IMG/VR virus record: IMGVR_UViG_3300037466_003456
Location: 57,682-121,681 of that record
Length of the DNA stretch: 64,000 nucleotides
Reading direction: 5' to 3' (one strand)
From: a virus
The position numbers were made by a program, and so were the translations under genes. The notes under the pieces were generated by a model. It saw nothing but the letters and a program-made list of their open reading frames with translations. It ran no database searches and had not been told where the DNA came from. Below are positions 56,042-64,000 of the stretch, one piece after another. Every line of letters starts with the position of its first letter. Positions within the stretch are counted from its first letter, which is position 1.

Positions 56042-56062
56042 TTGGAGTCCTCCCTTAATTCC

Positions 56063-56863
56063 TTATTTCTTTTTCTTTTTCTTCGCTTTAGGTTTAGATG
56101 TTATGGTTACTTTTGTTTTCTTTTTCGCCTTTTGCTTTGGTTTTGGTTCAGGCTTCGGCTTCGGTTCCTTCTTTGGTTTCGGTGTTTTCTTTGCCTTTTC
56201 TGGAACGGGATAATATTCATCAGCAAAAGGTAACATGAGAAACAAAACATCTCCGGCTTCCATTACAAATGCCCTGGTGCTGCTGAAGAGATACATATTG
56301 ATTTCAGTCGTACTTACCTTCTGAATAATTTTTAACATTTCTAGCATTCTGGAAGCATCGTAATAAATCTTTATTGGTAAACCGACTTCTTCGAAGGGCA
56401 AGTCACGATAAACAAATGCCATAGACTCCCCAAATATATTTTTCTCCAAACTCTTTGCCCTCAAGGTTTTATCGGCAGTATCCAAGGTGGTGTGAAACCG
56501 ATTATGTTTCATGAGGCAAATTTGTTCATGCGCACTAATCCATTCATATAGATTTTCGATTTTTAACTTACAACTGTATTGACTTACATCTGGAAGAATC
56601 GCGTTGCAATTCGGATAGATTGGTTCCTCAGAAGAAAAATACATGATATCTCCCATGGAATACCCATGAATTTTTGGTGATGGCACATCCTCGTTATGTT
56701 TGATGCGAACCATCCACATGGAATCGGTTGCCCACACATTCTCGTGATCTATATAAGCGCCACGCAAAGCAGGACGGGTTGAGTCCTGAATACTTTTTCT
56801 TCTGGGACCCGTAAAGTTTTTTGCAATATCTAATGCCTCCTTGATAGAATAGCTCACTCTCAA
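56063..56863 (-). CDS. Truncated DNA polymerase III beta-clamp-like protein with Lys/Pro-rich tail
   Basis: STRPALRGAYI...VWATDSMWM (DnaN domain II pattern); IYYDASRMLEMLK...TRAFVM...LFLMLP (domain III pattern); PKPKKEPKPKPEPKPK...KKKKKK tail. Confidence 0.65.
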   Translation of the reverse strand: MRVSYSIKEALDIAKNFTGPRRKSIQDSTRPALRGAYIDHENVWATDSMWMVRIKHNEDVPSPKIHGYSMGDIMYFSSEEPIYPNCNAILPDVSQYSCKLKIENLYEWISAHEQICLMKHNRFHTTLDTADKTLRAKSLEKNIFGESMAFVYRDLPFEEVGLPIKIYYDASRMLEMLKIIQKVSTTEINMYLFSSTRAFVMEAGDVLFLMLPFADEYYPVPEKAKKTPKPKKEPKPKPEPKPKQKAKKKTKVTITSKPKAKKKKKK

Positions 56864-56864
56864 C

Positions 56865-57182
56865 TTACCCCCATTTCCAAATATCTTTATTCCATGTTCC
56901 CTTTACCACGTGTTGAGGAGGGAAACTACCACCAATTTCACGAATTTCATATTGCCCTTTCCCTGCTTTCGTTCGGTAATCAATTCGAAGGGTGTAAGGT
57001 TCCACAACCTCTATCCAACATTGCTGAACACTCTTCATCTTCTTTCTTATATCATCGAGAAACTTGTAAGAATAGTAGCGGTCATTCAATTCAACGACCG
57101 CTACATTTCTCCATCGTGTAAATTCAGACTGCAATTGTTCTAAGCTCTCTTCATCAACCTCAAACATGTTCATCACCTCCAT
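56865..57182 (-). CDS. Hypothetical protein
   Basis: 105-aa co-oriented ORF. Confidence 0.55.
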   Translation of the reverse strand: MEVMNMFEVDEESLEQLQSEFTRWRNVAVVELNDRYYSYKFLDDIRKKMKSVQQCWIEVVEPYTLRIDYRTKAGKGQYEIREIGGSFPPQHVVKGTWNKDIWKWG

Positions 57183-57484
57183 CAGATAGCAGCAAAAGTT
57201 TTACTGCTATGCTGTTTTCTGATGTTCTTTCGACTTACTTCACCCTTTAACAATCCAGTATTTTCAAACCATTGTTCAAAATCCTCAACATTCTCCCAAG
57301 AATTCCATAGCCCAGGGCCATTCGCTGTATGCACCCGATAAACCACAAAGTCACGACCCGTATTAGCATAGAACTCAATGGATTTAATTCTTGGATGTTT
57401 CACACTCACTTTGATCGGTGGATTACAAATAGGCTCAACTTTGAAAAAAGAACGGATAAATAACATTTGCTGACGATTACTCAT
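57182..57484 (-). CDS. Hypothetical protein
   Basis: 100-aa coupled ORF. Confidence 0.55.
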   Translation of the reverse strand: MSNRQQMLFIRSFFKVEPICNPPIKVSVKHPRIKSIEFYANTGRDFVVYRVHTANGPGLWNSWENVEDFEQWFENTGLLKGEVSRKNIRKQHSSKTFAAI

Positions 57485-57709
57485 TTAAACTTCCTCCTTT
57501 AGATACTCCATAAATTGGTCAAAACAACGATCCATTCCAATGCGTACATATGGGTTGAGGCCTTGTTGTTTTTTAATGTAATCTCGTGCCTTCTTTAAGT
57601 TATAGCCAGCGTTATAGCACTCTTCTAAATATCGCTGGAAAGAAGAGATTGTGAGAGTAGCAGGGGAATCCGCAGCTACACTCAGCATCATTTCATATCG
57701 TTTACTCAA
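57485..57709 (-). CDS. Hypothetical protein
   Basis: 74-aa coupled ORF. Confidence 0.55.
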   Translation of the reverse strand: MSKRYEMMLSVAADSPATLTISSFQRYLEECYNAGYNLKKARDYIKKQQGLNPYVRIGMDRCFDQFMEYLKEEV

Positions 57710-58058
57710 TTCCGACGACCTCGATTCGATCTGTAAAGATTGTCACTTGTAACTCTGTACATCCTTCGAAGACTGAAAGAACGGTATTTCCTCGGATATC
57801 GATAACTGGCTTAATACAATCTTTCATCTTTCGCTTCGAAACGGTGTATTTTTCTTTTTGTTCACATGGAAGGATGACGACCATTTTTCTTTCTTGCTGT
57901 AGATCATACTTGAAGAATGTTCCGACTTGGAAAACAGTGTCTAATAGCTCTTTATCTTGGAGATACACACCTCTGGCAGACATTTTGGCTTTACGAAACT
58001 TAACAAAACCATTAACGAAGACTTCTATTTCTTGATTTTCTACAACTACACTATTCAT
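57702..58058 (-). CDS. Hypothetical protein (AbrB/SpoVT-like repeat possible)
   Basis: 118 aa; KMSARGVYL / TVSKRK...PVIDIR internal similarity. Confidence 0.5.
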   Translation of the reverse strand: MNSVVVENQEIEVFVNGFVKFRKAKMSARGVYLQDKELLDTVFQVGTFFKYDLQQERKMVVILPCEQKEKYTVSKRKMKDCIKPVIDIRGNTVLSVFEGCTELQVTIFTDRIEVVGIE

Positions 58059-58086
58059 TTTCTTCTCTCCTTATTACCTATATACC

Positions 58087-58281
58087 TTATTTAGTGGAAC
58101 TCATATTTTTAATAATTTCTTCGTAATTTTGTTTCCAAACCCACTTGAACATATATTCCTTGCCTTTTTCAGCAACTCTCAGCTTAACAGAGGTTTTTGT
58201 CTCCTCGATTATGACATCCGCAAACACTTCAATCTTGTGTCCGTTGTAGCCGTCATCCACAAAAAATGTTCGCTCTAGCAA
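58087..58281 (-). CDS. Small hypothetical protein
   Basis: 64 aa, GAGGGG RBS. Confidence 0.55.
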   Translation of the reverse strand: MLERTFFVDDGYNGHKIEVFADVIIEETKTSVKLRVAEKGKEYMFKWVWKQNYEEIIKNMSSTK

Positions 58282-58282
58282 A

Positions 58283-59182
58283 TCACATCACCCCTCCACA
58301 CTTCTTCGATTCAAACCATGCCATTTTATTCTTTAAGTACTTAATAGACTCTGATATTTTCTTCTCTTTCGAAATCTTCTGCAGCCACGTTTGCCCATCA
58401 AACGAATACAGCTCTGGGCACGCTTCAATGATATCAACGTCCAGTGAACCGAGTAGATGGAACTTCTTATCCGGATGACGATCAATGATGTTTCGGATAA
58501 TCTCAATACGCTTTGCCTTGGTGTATCCTTTCACTTTAGAAAAAGCCGTACCACCAATCGCAATATAATCTGCGTCCTGTGCATAATAATCCAATACATC
58601 CCACTCCTTATTTTCATAAATGGTGTCCTTTAATAGAGTAGTAGCCTGGTAAACAGGAATAACCGGAACATCCAAGTGTCGCATAATCCGGTAGGCCAGT
58701 AATGATTGTTCGTTGTCTCCAATGCGGTCAAAGGCGAAGCAACGATTGTATCTCCTTTTATTCCACCACAAGAAATTCATGTATTGATGGAATAAGGGGA
58801 ATTGGCTCTTATCCTCTTTATAGAAATCCTCTTCAAACTGATTGAACCACCAATGACAGAAGATAGCCATATCTACATCGTCATGGATATCAAAAGTCTT
58901 TCCGTCTTCTTCCACCATTTCAGTGTAGGTTTCAATGATATCTTCCAACCCATAATCTTCATCGTTGCGAAAAGTGTAGGCTCCGCAATCCACAATAATG
59001 CTTTCAGGCTCATAACCAATACGGTCTTTTAAATCCAACTGGAGGTCCTTATCTTCTGTTCGGTTCCGCCACATTGCGAAGGATGTTAAGATATTCGGCG
59101 GCTTAGCGGTGCGCAGACACAGGATTTCATCTTCACGGTAACTAGTAGCGAAATACATTTTTCCATTGTCGAATACGCTCAT
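58283..59182 (-). CDS. dpdA: DpdA/tRNA-guanine-transglycosylase-like protein (putative DNA deazaguanine insertion)
   Basis: IIVDCGAYTF (DSG-like), FAFDRIGD, VIPVYQ, YIAIGG, KFHLLG, YSFDGQTW follow the TGT/DpdA motif order with the conserved Asp positions present. Confidence 0.7.
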   Translation of the reverse strand: MSVFDNGKMYFATSYREDEILCLRTAKPPNILTSFAMWRNRTEDKDLQLDLKDRIGYEPESIIVDCGAYTFRNDEDYGLEDIIETYTEMVEEDGKTFDIHDDVDMAIFCHWWFNQFEEDFYKEDKSQFPLFHQYMNFLWWNKRRYNRCFAFDRIGDNEQSLLAYRIMRHLDVPVIPVYQATTLLKDTIYENKEWDVLDYYAQDADYIAIGGTAFSKVKGYTKAKRIEIIRNIIDRHPDKKFHLLGSLDVDIIEACPELYSFDGQTWLQKISKEKKISESIKYLKNKMAWFESKKCGGVM

Positions 59183-59598
59183 TTTGTAATCCACTTTACG
59201 ACTAAGGCCTTCAGTTTCTCAGGATCATAGTATTTAAAAGGGTGTACCTCATCCCGTAGAGTTTCATCATGAAACGGATCAGAGACCATTTGACCGTATG
59301 ACTCAAACGTAAACTTCGTATCACTCGTTTCCGCGTTATATTCTGCGATTTCATATAAAAAGGGAACCAACTGACTTTCTAATTTATAATCCCGTTTGTT
59401 TTGAGCCTTCGCGTCTCCGATGGCACACTCCCACTGGGATGCTAAATCTTCTAAACTATGAGGAGATAAATTATATTTAGGCACCACTTCATTAATAAAA
59501 TCGCAGAAACCTGTATCTAATTCGCATTGATTAGAAATATCATATAAGGTGTTTACCAGCTGAACCAACAATATCATTTGGTCTTCCGTTACTTTCAT
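59179..59598 (-). CDS. Hypothetical protein
   Basis: ORF track 59179..59664; start moved to ATG 59598 behind AGGAG. Confidence 0.55.
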   Translation of the reverse strand: MKVTEDQMILLVQLVNTLYDISNQCELDTGFCDFINEVVPKYNLSPHSLEDLASQWECAIGDAKAQNKRDYKLESQLVPFLYEIAEYNAETSDTKFTFESYGQMVSDPFHDETLRDEVHPFKYYDPEKLKALVVKWITK

Positions 59599-59611
59599 TT
59601 GTTCCACACTC

Positions 59612-60022
59612 CTAATAAGTTCGATTTTCAAGTTCTTCTTTGATTTTTTCGTAATCCTCACCAAATAAATAATGAAGCTGTTTGCCGCTCTCTACGCAAT
59701 CTTCATAGATTTTAAGGTGTTCTGGGTTCCAATCTTCATAGCCAATTTCCCAACACCATTCGCTAAATGAAATGTCGGTGGCATAGGCATCTCTGAAACA
59801 AGTATCAAGGACTAAGAATAGGTCAGGTGGTGTTAATCCATGTCCTATTCCCATACCAAATGGAACTTTGATCTGCCGGCCGTCATATTCTAAATGACAA
59901 ATCCACGGGATATGTTCCCAATTCCAATCGTATGGTTTCTCTTCCATATCCGACTGAAAACAAAACAAAGGCTTGCATCCATTCCGAAATTCCACTTTTC
60001 GAAATACCTTATACGTAGGCAT
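59612..60022 (-). CDS. Conserved phage/plasmid hypothetical protein
   Basis: GRQIKVPFGMGIGH...VLDTCFRDA...SFSEWCWEIGYED...IYEDC pattern. Confidence 0.6.
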   Translation of the reverse strand: MPTYKVFRKVEFRNGCKPLFCFQSDMEEKPYDWNWEHIPWICHLEYDGRQIKVPFGMGIGHGLTPPDLFLVLDTCFRDAYATDISFSEWCWEIGYEDWNPEHLKIYEDCVESGKQLHYLFGEDYEKIKEELENRTY

Positions 60023-60049
60023 TCAATCGACTTTCACCTCCAGATAAAA

Positions 60050-60290
60050 AAATAAGCCCTTTGCTATAAAAGCAAAGGGCTTTAATACTCCAGATCGGCA
60101 GGGGTGCTAATCTCGTGAGTTATGTTGAGCTATTCATTCCGCTTTTGTCTTCGTTGCCACGTGCCTTGGTGTCAGTCAAGAGACCATTTTTTCCTTGAAA
60201 CTGGAACAGAAAGGAGGAGCGGCAACACAAGACGCCTAGACGAAATAACGACAGAGAATGACTCGGACGCATTCTCTGTTTTTCGCTCAA
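60050..60290 (-). ncRNA. Candidate structured small RNA with anti-Shine-Dalgarno motif
   Basis: Between a TGTTATAAG motif and a terminator; 10-bp hairpin 60251-60279, long-range stem 60147-60158/60221-60233, CUCCUCCUUUCU at 60208-60219. Confidence 0.45.
60054..60082 (-). terminator. Intrinsic terminator
   Basis: AAGCCCTTTGCT-ataaa-AGCAAAGGGCTT plus T-tract. Confidence 0.75.
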
Positions 60291-60361
60291 ATTACTTATA
60301 ACACAATAATCCATTGAAGGATAGAGTCTCATTTCTAACGAAAGAACGTTCAAAACTTTCG

Positions 60362-60952
60362 TTAGTGAGACTTAACAAACAAGTTTTTTTCCATTTTAAA
60401 GATGTCAATGAAATCATGCTTATCGGATTGAATGAAAACGGAATCCCCCGATTCGTTTTCATTCAGATAAATAGTTTCTGCAGCACCAATTAGGTTCGTG
60501 CAATCCACCATCCATCTGCCAAAGCTTACTTGTCTCGGAAGTGCTTCAGTGTGATAGCCTAACGAAGCTAAATGAAGAAAAAGCGGTTGTAAGGCAGCTT
60601 TCCGTCTTTCGAGTTTCTTTCGGTTCTCGAGTTCATATGCTTTCAGCTTCCATGACTTATGGGCTTTCACCATTTTCGCCAATTCCTTCTTGGATATGCG
60701 GTTTGGAAGGTCCATTCCCAATAGTTCCGCCATCGCCACGAAGTCCTCTTTGGATGTGACAGCTGAATGCAGTTGGTCCACCAGGTCCACAATGTCCTGT
60801 GCCCCTCTGAACCAATTAATCTCGAATATTTGGAAATGAGCGAGTTGCCCCAACTCATATAAGCTGTGAAAGGAACGGTGCAACCAGTCGTCCTTTTGAC
60901 CTACTTCCTCAAAGGCGAGGTCGATGGCACGAACTAAGTCTCGTACTCTCAT
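60362..60952 (-). CDS. Hypothetical protein
   Basis: ORF track 60362..60985; start at ATG 60952 after GGGAGG. Confidence 0.6.
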   Translation of the reverse strand: MRVRDLVRAIDLAFEEVGQKDDWLHRSFHSLYELGQLAHFQIFEINWFRGAQDIVDLVDQLHSAVTSKEDFVAMAELLGMDLPNRISKKELAKMVKAHKSWKLKAYELENRKKLERRKAALQPLFLHLASLGYHTEALPRQVSFGRWMVDCTNLIGAAETIYLNENESGDSVFIQSDKHDFIDIFKMEKNLFVKSH

Positions 60953-61181
60953 ATCCTCCCACCTACTTTCTTCATAAATCCGCATAAACTAGCAGTCTTC
61001 CTCTTTCTATTTTACCCTATCAGACCTTGTAAATAAAGGGCAGAGAGCGTTTTTTCACTCACAAAACTTTTTTGCGTTCAAAGAAAAAAGACCCCAGTGC
61101 TCCTCTGGTCCAAAGAGGTAGGTCTGGGGTCTTTCCCTGTCTTCAACAAAAAATTTGATTAACATGCACAGGACGATTATA

Positions 61182-61928
61182 CTATTTCCCCGTCCACATG
61201 TCCATAATATATTTCTTGCTTATAAATGACATTGGGATATAACAGTAGCCATTGTCGCCCCATGAGTCGCCCCATGAGTTACGGACAATCATGTAGTCCT
61301 TGCGGTTGATCCGCTTGTAGCCCACGACACACATCGCATGACCACCCAAGCTCTGTTCCCACTTCTCCGGAACTGGCACAATGCCTGTGCGAGCCACAAC
61401 GTCGGATTCAAAAGAATCATAGAGCAACATACCGATGACAACAGGATTCCCTTCAGCGAGTGCGGTCTTTAATCCTACAACATCCGTAATACGACGGTAC
61501 TCCGTAATTTTATACTTAGCTGCATCCGTTTCTGCCACTTGAGTAGGTGCATCTGTAAAATGCGTAATGTCATATGGATAATCCAATTCTGGAGGTACAC
61601 CCAGTTGTTGCAGCACCTTCATCCCATCACGAATGTAAGCACCTGAGTCTTCATTGATGGTTCCTTCCAATGCACGCTCATGCCAATAGAGATAGAGTCG
61701 GCTCAGGCGGGTAAGCGGCTCACCTGCAGTCAGCAAGATATATTCACGTAGTCCTGATACAATGGCGTTTGCTGTACAGCTGCCAAGTGTACCTTGATCG
61801 ACTACGGGTGACATTTGTTCGCGAAGGTCAACGCTCTCCGGCAGATGGTCGGGGTGTCTGATGCTGCTTGCTCGGAATACTTTGTCACGTAAGTCTACTT
61901 TGTCTTTTTTGATTGCGTATTTTAGCAT
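61182..61928 (-). CDS. Papain-like C1A cysteine peptidase, no signal peptide
   Basis: VDLREQMSPVVDQGTLGSCTANA (Gln/Cys), GGHAMCVVGY (His), VRNSWGDSWGDNGY (Asn). Confidence 0.92.
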   Translation of the reverse strand: MLKYAIKKDKVDLRDKVFRASSIRHPDHLPESVDLREQMSPVVDQGTLGSCTANAIVSGLREYILLTAGEPLTRLSRLYLYWHERALEGTINEDSGAYIRDGMKVLQQLGVPPELDYPYDITHFTDAPTQVAETDAAKYKITEYRRITDVVGLKTALAEGNPVVIGMLLYDSFESDVVARTGIVPVPEKWEQSLGGHAMCVVGYKRINRKDYMIVRNSWGDSWGDNGYCYIPMSFISKKYIMDMWTGK

Positions 61929-62029
61929 GGTGATACCTCCCTATGAAATTAATAAAAAAGAAAAATAGTATATTATGCAATTAGCATAATATGTAACTAT
62001 AAAAACACACAGTCACCCAGTCGCCGTTT

Positions 62030-62250
62030 ATGATTCTAGATCACTACGCCACATTTCCCAAAGGGTGCCCGCAAAACGTGGTAATACGTTGTGTGTTTGT
62101 TATTCCCGCCATCCCACCTCGCGTTGAAACAGGAGAATGCCGGATCTCTATATCCGCTCACGAATTCCGTTAGATTTCGCGTCCTTTTCAACTGCTCGAA
62201 CTCGCTTTCCCCTCCGTCGGGTAATCGCCTCGGGCTTTCGCCCCCTCACT
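62030..62250 (-). ncRNA. Candidate structured ncRNA
   Basis: GC-rich intergenic stretch downstream of a TGTTATAAG motif; GGGC-GAAA-GCCC tetraloop at 62232-62243, further hairpin 62141-62156; no credible ORF. Confidence 0.4.
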
Positions 62251-62465
62251 ATTCTTATAACACTATGTCTTTATGAAAACATAAAATTATATAATTATGC
62301 TTTCTTATTCACAACCGCCACATTGTAACCTTTATCCTCAGCCAATTTGACCATGTGATCGCGGCCGACTTCGTGATTTCCTTTTGAGTAGGCTTTTAAT
62401 GCGCCATCGATATGCAATTCATAGCGGTCATTGTCTTCCACCCACTTCACCTTTGCAAAGCTCAT

Positions 62466-62810
62466 CTATTTTCTCTCCTTTAATACTCGTAATATCTTCT
62501 TTCCGGAATCGAGTGCATGGATCAAAGAATGGCAGTTACCGCACAGTACAGATGTGTTGTGGCTATCGTCATTTTTGGAAAGACTTCTCGCTTCCTTGTC
62601 AAACTCATCATATCCAGCAGTCTTTGCTTCCTCGATGAGCTGGTTGAGCTCAGGTTCAATGTGCTTCAATGCAGCACGTAGTTTATTCTCCATCGCCTGA
62701 TGTTCTTGGTAGTCAATGTGATGAACCTCTAAGCTGGTGCGGTGGCCACAGATTTCACATGCTTCACCGTATTTTTCCAATGCGGTTTGTCGGTAGTATT
62801 TATCGATCAT
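62466..62810 (-). CDS. HNH endonuclease with helical insertion
   Basis: CEICG...LEVHH...NTSVLCGNCHSLIH. Confidence 0.85.
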   Translation of the reverse strand: MIDKYYRQTALEKYGEACEICGHRTSLEVHHIDYQEHQAMENKLRAALKHIEPELNQLIEEAKTAGYDEFDKEARSLSKNDDSHNTSVLCGNCHSLIHALDSGKKILRVLKERK

Positions 62811-63202
62811 GTGTTCTCACCTTGTTTCTCTTCGTAATTAAATAGACGATGCTGCGCACGGTCATAATCCCGTTTCGCCACCGCTTCTTGACCAACCAAA
62901 TCCTTGTTGAAGTGCTCGAATGATAAGTCCGCTAATCCATATCCGATTCCTGCACCAAACATACCGCCAAGTGCAGCACCTATAGCTTTGGATTGCGGAG
63001 TCTTCTTGCCCAACATCCCGCCGATTGTGGAGCCTGCAAGTCCAGCTACTCCCGTAAATTTACGTTCATTCTTCTTTTCTTTTAGCTTCACTTTTCGTTG
63101 AATCTGCCGATGATCATTCCATTTATCATCTGCTTCATCGGATAATGCTTGATGTTTCGGGTCATTGGACCAATCCAGTGCGATTTTAATTAAACCGTCC
63201 AT
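62807..63202 (-). CDS. KxA/glycine-zipper protein
   Basis: Start MDGLIKIAL at 63202; GVAGLAGSTIGGMLG...GAALGGMFGAGIGYG. Confidence 0.65.
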   Translation of the reverse strand: MDGLIKIALDWSNDPKHQALSDEADDKWNDHRQIQRKVKLKEKKNERKFTGVAGLAGSTIGGMLGKKTPQSKAIGAALGGMFGAGIGYGLADLSFEHFNKDLVGQEAVAKRDYDRAQHRLFNYEEKQGENT

Positions 63203-63743
63203 TTGGATTCGCCTCATTTCTGTGATTGAACCCTTGTGTTGCCAAGTACCCAGCCCCCGCACCAAGACCTGCCAATCCTAAAGCAGCTCCGCCGCCATGT
63301 AGAATAGGAAATAGCTTCTTTCCTAATGGCTCGGTCGCATGAAGCTCGGCTCTTGTAGGCATAGGAGTCGGGCGAGGACTATGATTACGTACACCTGCCA
63401 TTGGGTCATAAGGTTGCTTAGGGAACTCCTGATGGTGGGCATCCAGAAACGATTGCGGGTCTTTCGCTTCTTGGTGCAGCTGATTGATTAATGATTCTCT
63501 CTCCTCATCCCATTTCCCACGAATCTGTTGGTATCGAGGGGATGATGGGTCTAAGCCATAAAGCTGGCCTTGGTATCTTTTTGCTAATTCGGTTTCTTGC
63601 TTAATGGATGCTTGTTGGAAGTCCTGGCGTTGCTTTGCGCCCACTTGGTCCCATGCAGCAGGGCCACCCATACGTTCATTCATTTGTTGTTGATCTTCCC
63701 GTGAGAGAAGGGCAATTTTTACTAATCCATTCATAAATTTCAC
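63186..63743 (-). CDS. KxA/glycine-zipper protein
   Basis: MNGLVKIAL start; C-terminal HGGGAALGLAGLGAGAGY. Confidence 0.65.
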   Translation of the reverse strand: MKFMNGLVKIALLSREDQQQMNERMGGPAAWDQVGAKQRQDFQQASIKQETELAKRYQGQLYGLDPSSPRYQQIRGKWDEERESLINQLHQEAKDPQSFLDAHHQEFPKQPYDPMAGVRNHSPRPTPMPTRAELHATEPLGKKLFPILHGGGAALGLAGLGAGAGYLATQGFNHRNEANPNGRFN

Positions 63744-63943
63744 TTCTTTCTCTTTTTAATGGGATGCACATTCATTTTTACAAATGGCACTTGGTCTACC
63801 TTTAACGTAATCTCTAAGCGTGTGAGATGTTTAGGCAGATACAGTACCTCATCCAACCTCACGAACATCTCATCCACCTGTGTCTTCGTCATCATGATTC
63901 TTCGCATCACCGGAATTTTCTTGTGAGGACTGTCCAGTTTCAC
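63740..63943 (-). CDS. Small hypothetical protein
   Basis: 67 aa; overlaps the next gene start. Confidence 0.45.
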   Translation of the reverse strand: MKLDSPHKKIPVMRRIMMTKTQVDEMFVRLDEVLYLPKHLTRLEITLKVDQVPFVKMNVHPIKKRKK

Positions 63944-64000
63944 ATTGAGCCATCCTCTTTCGGGTTCCAGTATTAAACTGGCATCGAATAGGGGAAAGTC

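Noticed and set aside
60120-60353. 77-aa ORF from the track
   Set aside because: No RBS, atypical composition, and it spans a promoter-like motif; better explained as non-coding RNA
1-64000. CRISPR array, tRNA or rRNA genes
   Set aside because: No regularly spaced direct repeats and no convincing T-arm/cloverleaf pattern seen by eye; a tRNAscan run would still be worthwhile
1-64000. Integrase, att site or prophage boundary
   Set aside because: No tyrosine or serine recombinase and no switch to host housekeeping genes within the window, so integrated vs extrachromosomal state cannot be determined

Overview
A 64-kb piece of a very large (jumbo-type) Bacillales phage or phage-like replicon: low GC, strong Firmicutes-type Shine-Dalgarno sites, no housekeeping chromosome context. 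It falls into three blocks. (1) 1-7.8 kb, minus strand: a Mre11/Rad50 (SbcD/SbcC)-type repair module whose ATPase is split at the zinc hook, with a DnaJ inserted into it. (2) 8.1-34.1 kb, plus strand, a virion/late-type block: sigma factor, PhoH, terminase large subunit, portal, and a 2241-aa single-chain beta-beta' multisubunit RNA polymerase. Around them lie many unknown proteins carrying a repeated (L/F)-x-x-K-[T/V/I/Q/S]-A peptide motif, often in front of glycine-zipper modules, and a dnaX-type slippery site. (3) 34.3-64 kb, mostly minus strand: DinG, RuvC-like, SSB-like and HU-like proteins, holin, a second sigma factor, a complete arbitrium-type aimR-aimP cassette, tandem degenerate methyltransferase-like paralogues, a truncated beta-clamp homologue, a DpdA/TGT-like DNA-modification enzyme, a papain-like peptidase, an HNH nuclease and two candidate structured ncRNAs. 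The most striking points are arbitrium signalling on a phage that encodes its own multisubunit RNAP, and the KxA-tagged polyprotein/glycine-zipper system. All protein calls come from recognising motifs by eye; no database searches were run. No major capsid, tail, integrase, tRNA or CRISPR array could be identified in this window.
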